A stretch of DNA of 64,000 nt, taken from assembly GCA_950097015.1 (NCBI GenBank), contig CATNEN010000003.1:13702001-13766000 (forward strand), written 5' to 3'. A program made the translations under genes and the position numbers. The notes below the pieces were generated by a model, which ran no database searches, was not told the origin of the DNA, and saw nothing but the letters and a program-made list of their open reading frames with translations. Origin of the DNA: Macrostomum hystrix. Taxonomy: Eukaryota; Animalia; Platyhelminthes. Positions 63,095 to 64,000 of the stretch are shown here, in pieces. Within the stretch, counting starts at the first letter, position 1. Every line of letters begins with the position of its first letter.

Positions 63095-64000
63095 TAGGGT
63101 CCCAGATCCCTAATGAATCTAGGTCCCAGATCCCTAATGAATCTAGGTCTCAGATCCCTAATGAATCTAGGTCTCAGATCCCTAATGAATCTAGGTCCCA
63201 GATCCCTAATGAATCTAGGTCCCAGATCCCTAATGAATCTAGGTCCCAGATCCCTAATGAATCTAGGTCTCAGATCCCTAATGAATCTAGGTCCCAGATC
63301 CCTAATGAATCTAGGTCCCAGATCCCTAATGAATCTAGGTCTCAGATCCCTAATGAATCTAGGTCTCAGATCCCTAATGAATCTAGGTCCCAGATCCCTA
63401 ATGAATCTAGGTCCCAGATCCCTAATGAATCTAGGTCTCAGATCCCTAATGAATCTAGGTCCCAGATCCCTAATGAATCTAGGTCTCAGATCCCTAATGA
63501 ATCTAGGTCCCAGATCCCTAATGAATCTAGGTCCCAGATCCCTAATGAATCTAGGTCTCAGATCCCTAATGAATCTAGGTCTCAGATCCCTAATGAATCT
63601 AGGTCCCAGATCCCTAATGAATCTAGGTCTCAGATCCCTAATGAATCTAGGTCTCAGATCCCTAATGAATCTAGATCTCAGATCCCTAATGAATCTAGGT
63701 CTCAGATCCCTAATGAATCTAGGTCTCAGATCCCTAATGAATCTAGGTCCCAGATCCCTAATGAATCTAGGTCCCAGATCCCTAATGAATCTAGGTCCCA
63801 GATCCCTAATGAATCTAGGTCCCAGATCCCTAATGAATCTAGGTCCCAGATCCCTAATGAATCTAGGTCCCAGATCCCTAATGAATCTAGATCTCAGATC
63901 CCTAATGAATCTAGGTCCCAGATCCCTAATGAATCTAGGTCTCAGATCCCTAATGAATCTAGGTCTCAGATCCCTAATGAATCTAGGTCTCAGATCCCTG
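63095..64000. repeat. 24-bp minisatellite with two alternating variants (CLUH intron), runs off the window
   Basis: Unit aggtc(c/t)cagatccctaatgaatct. Confidence 0.96.

Overview
Intron-rich, AT-rich eukaryotic (invertebrate animal) genomic DNA. The poly-Q/poly-A-rich exons and minisatellite-filled introns resemble a Macrostomum-type flatworm, which is an inference only. I reconstructed seven spliced genes by hand from GT/AG sites and reading phase: (1,2) a head-to-head pair of two-TM BK-beta (KCNMB)/TipE-like genes; (3) a pickel/sinuous/kune-type invertebrate claudin; (4) a two-pore-domain K+ channel (K2P/TWK) whose extracellular M1-P1 loop is about 282 aa; (5) HID1 (10 exons, minus strand); (6) a short membrane-anchored LMTK/AATK-like probable pseudokinase; (7) the 3' part of CLUH (minus strand), with a GC-AG intron. 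Non-coding DNA holds about 30 different minisatellite arrays, one in most of the longer introns and several with higher-order duplications. It also holds two tRNA-headed SINE-like families, a TIR-bounded MITE, and possibly an unannotated minus-strand transcript with a 5-nt microexon. Most long ORFs in the supplied track are tandem-repeat artefacts. No CRISPR array, rRNA gene or true tRNA gene was found.
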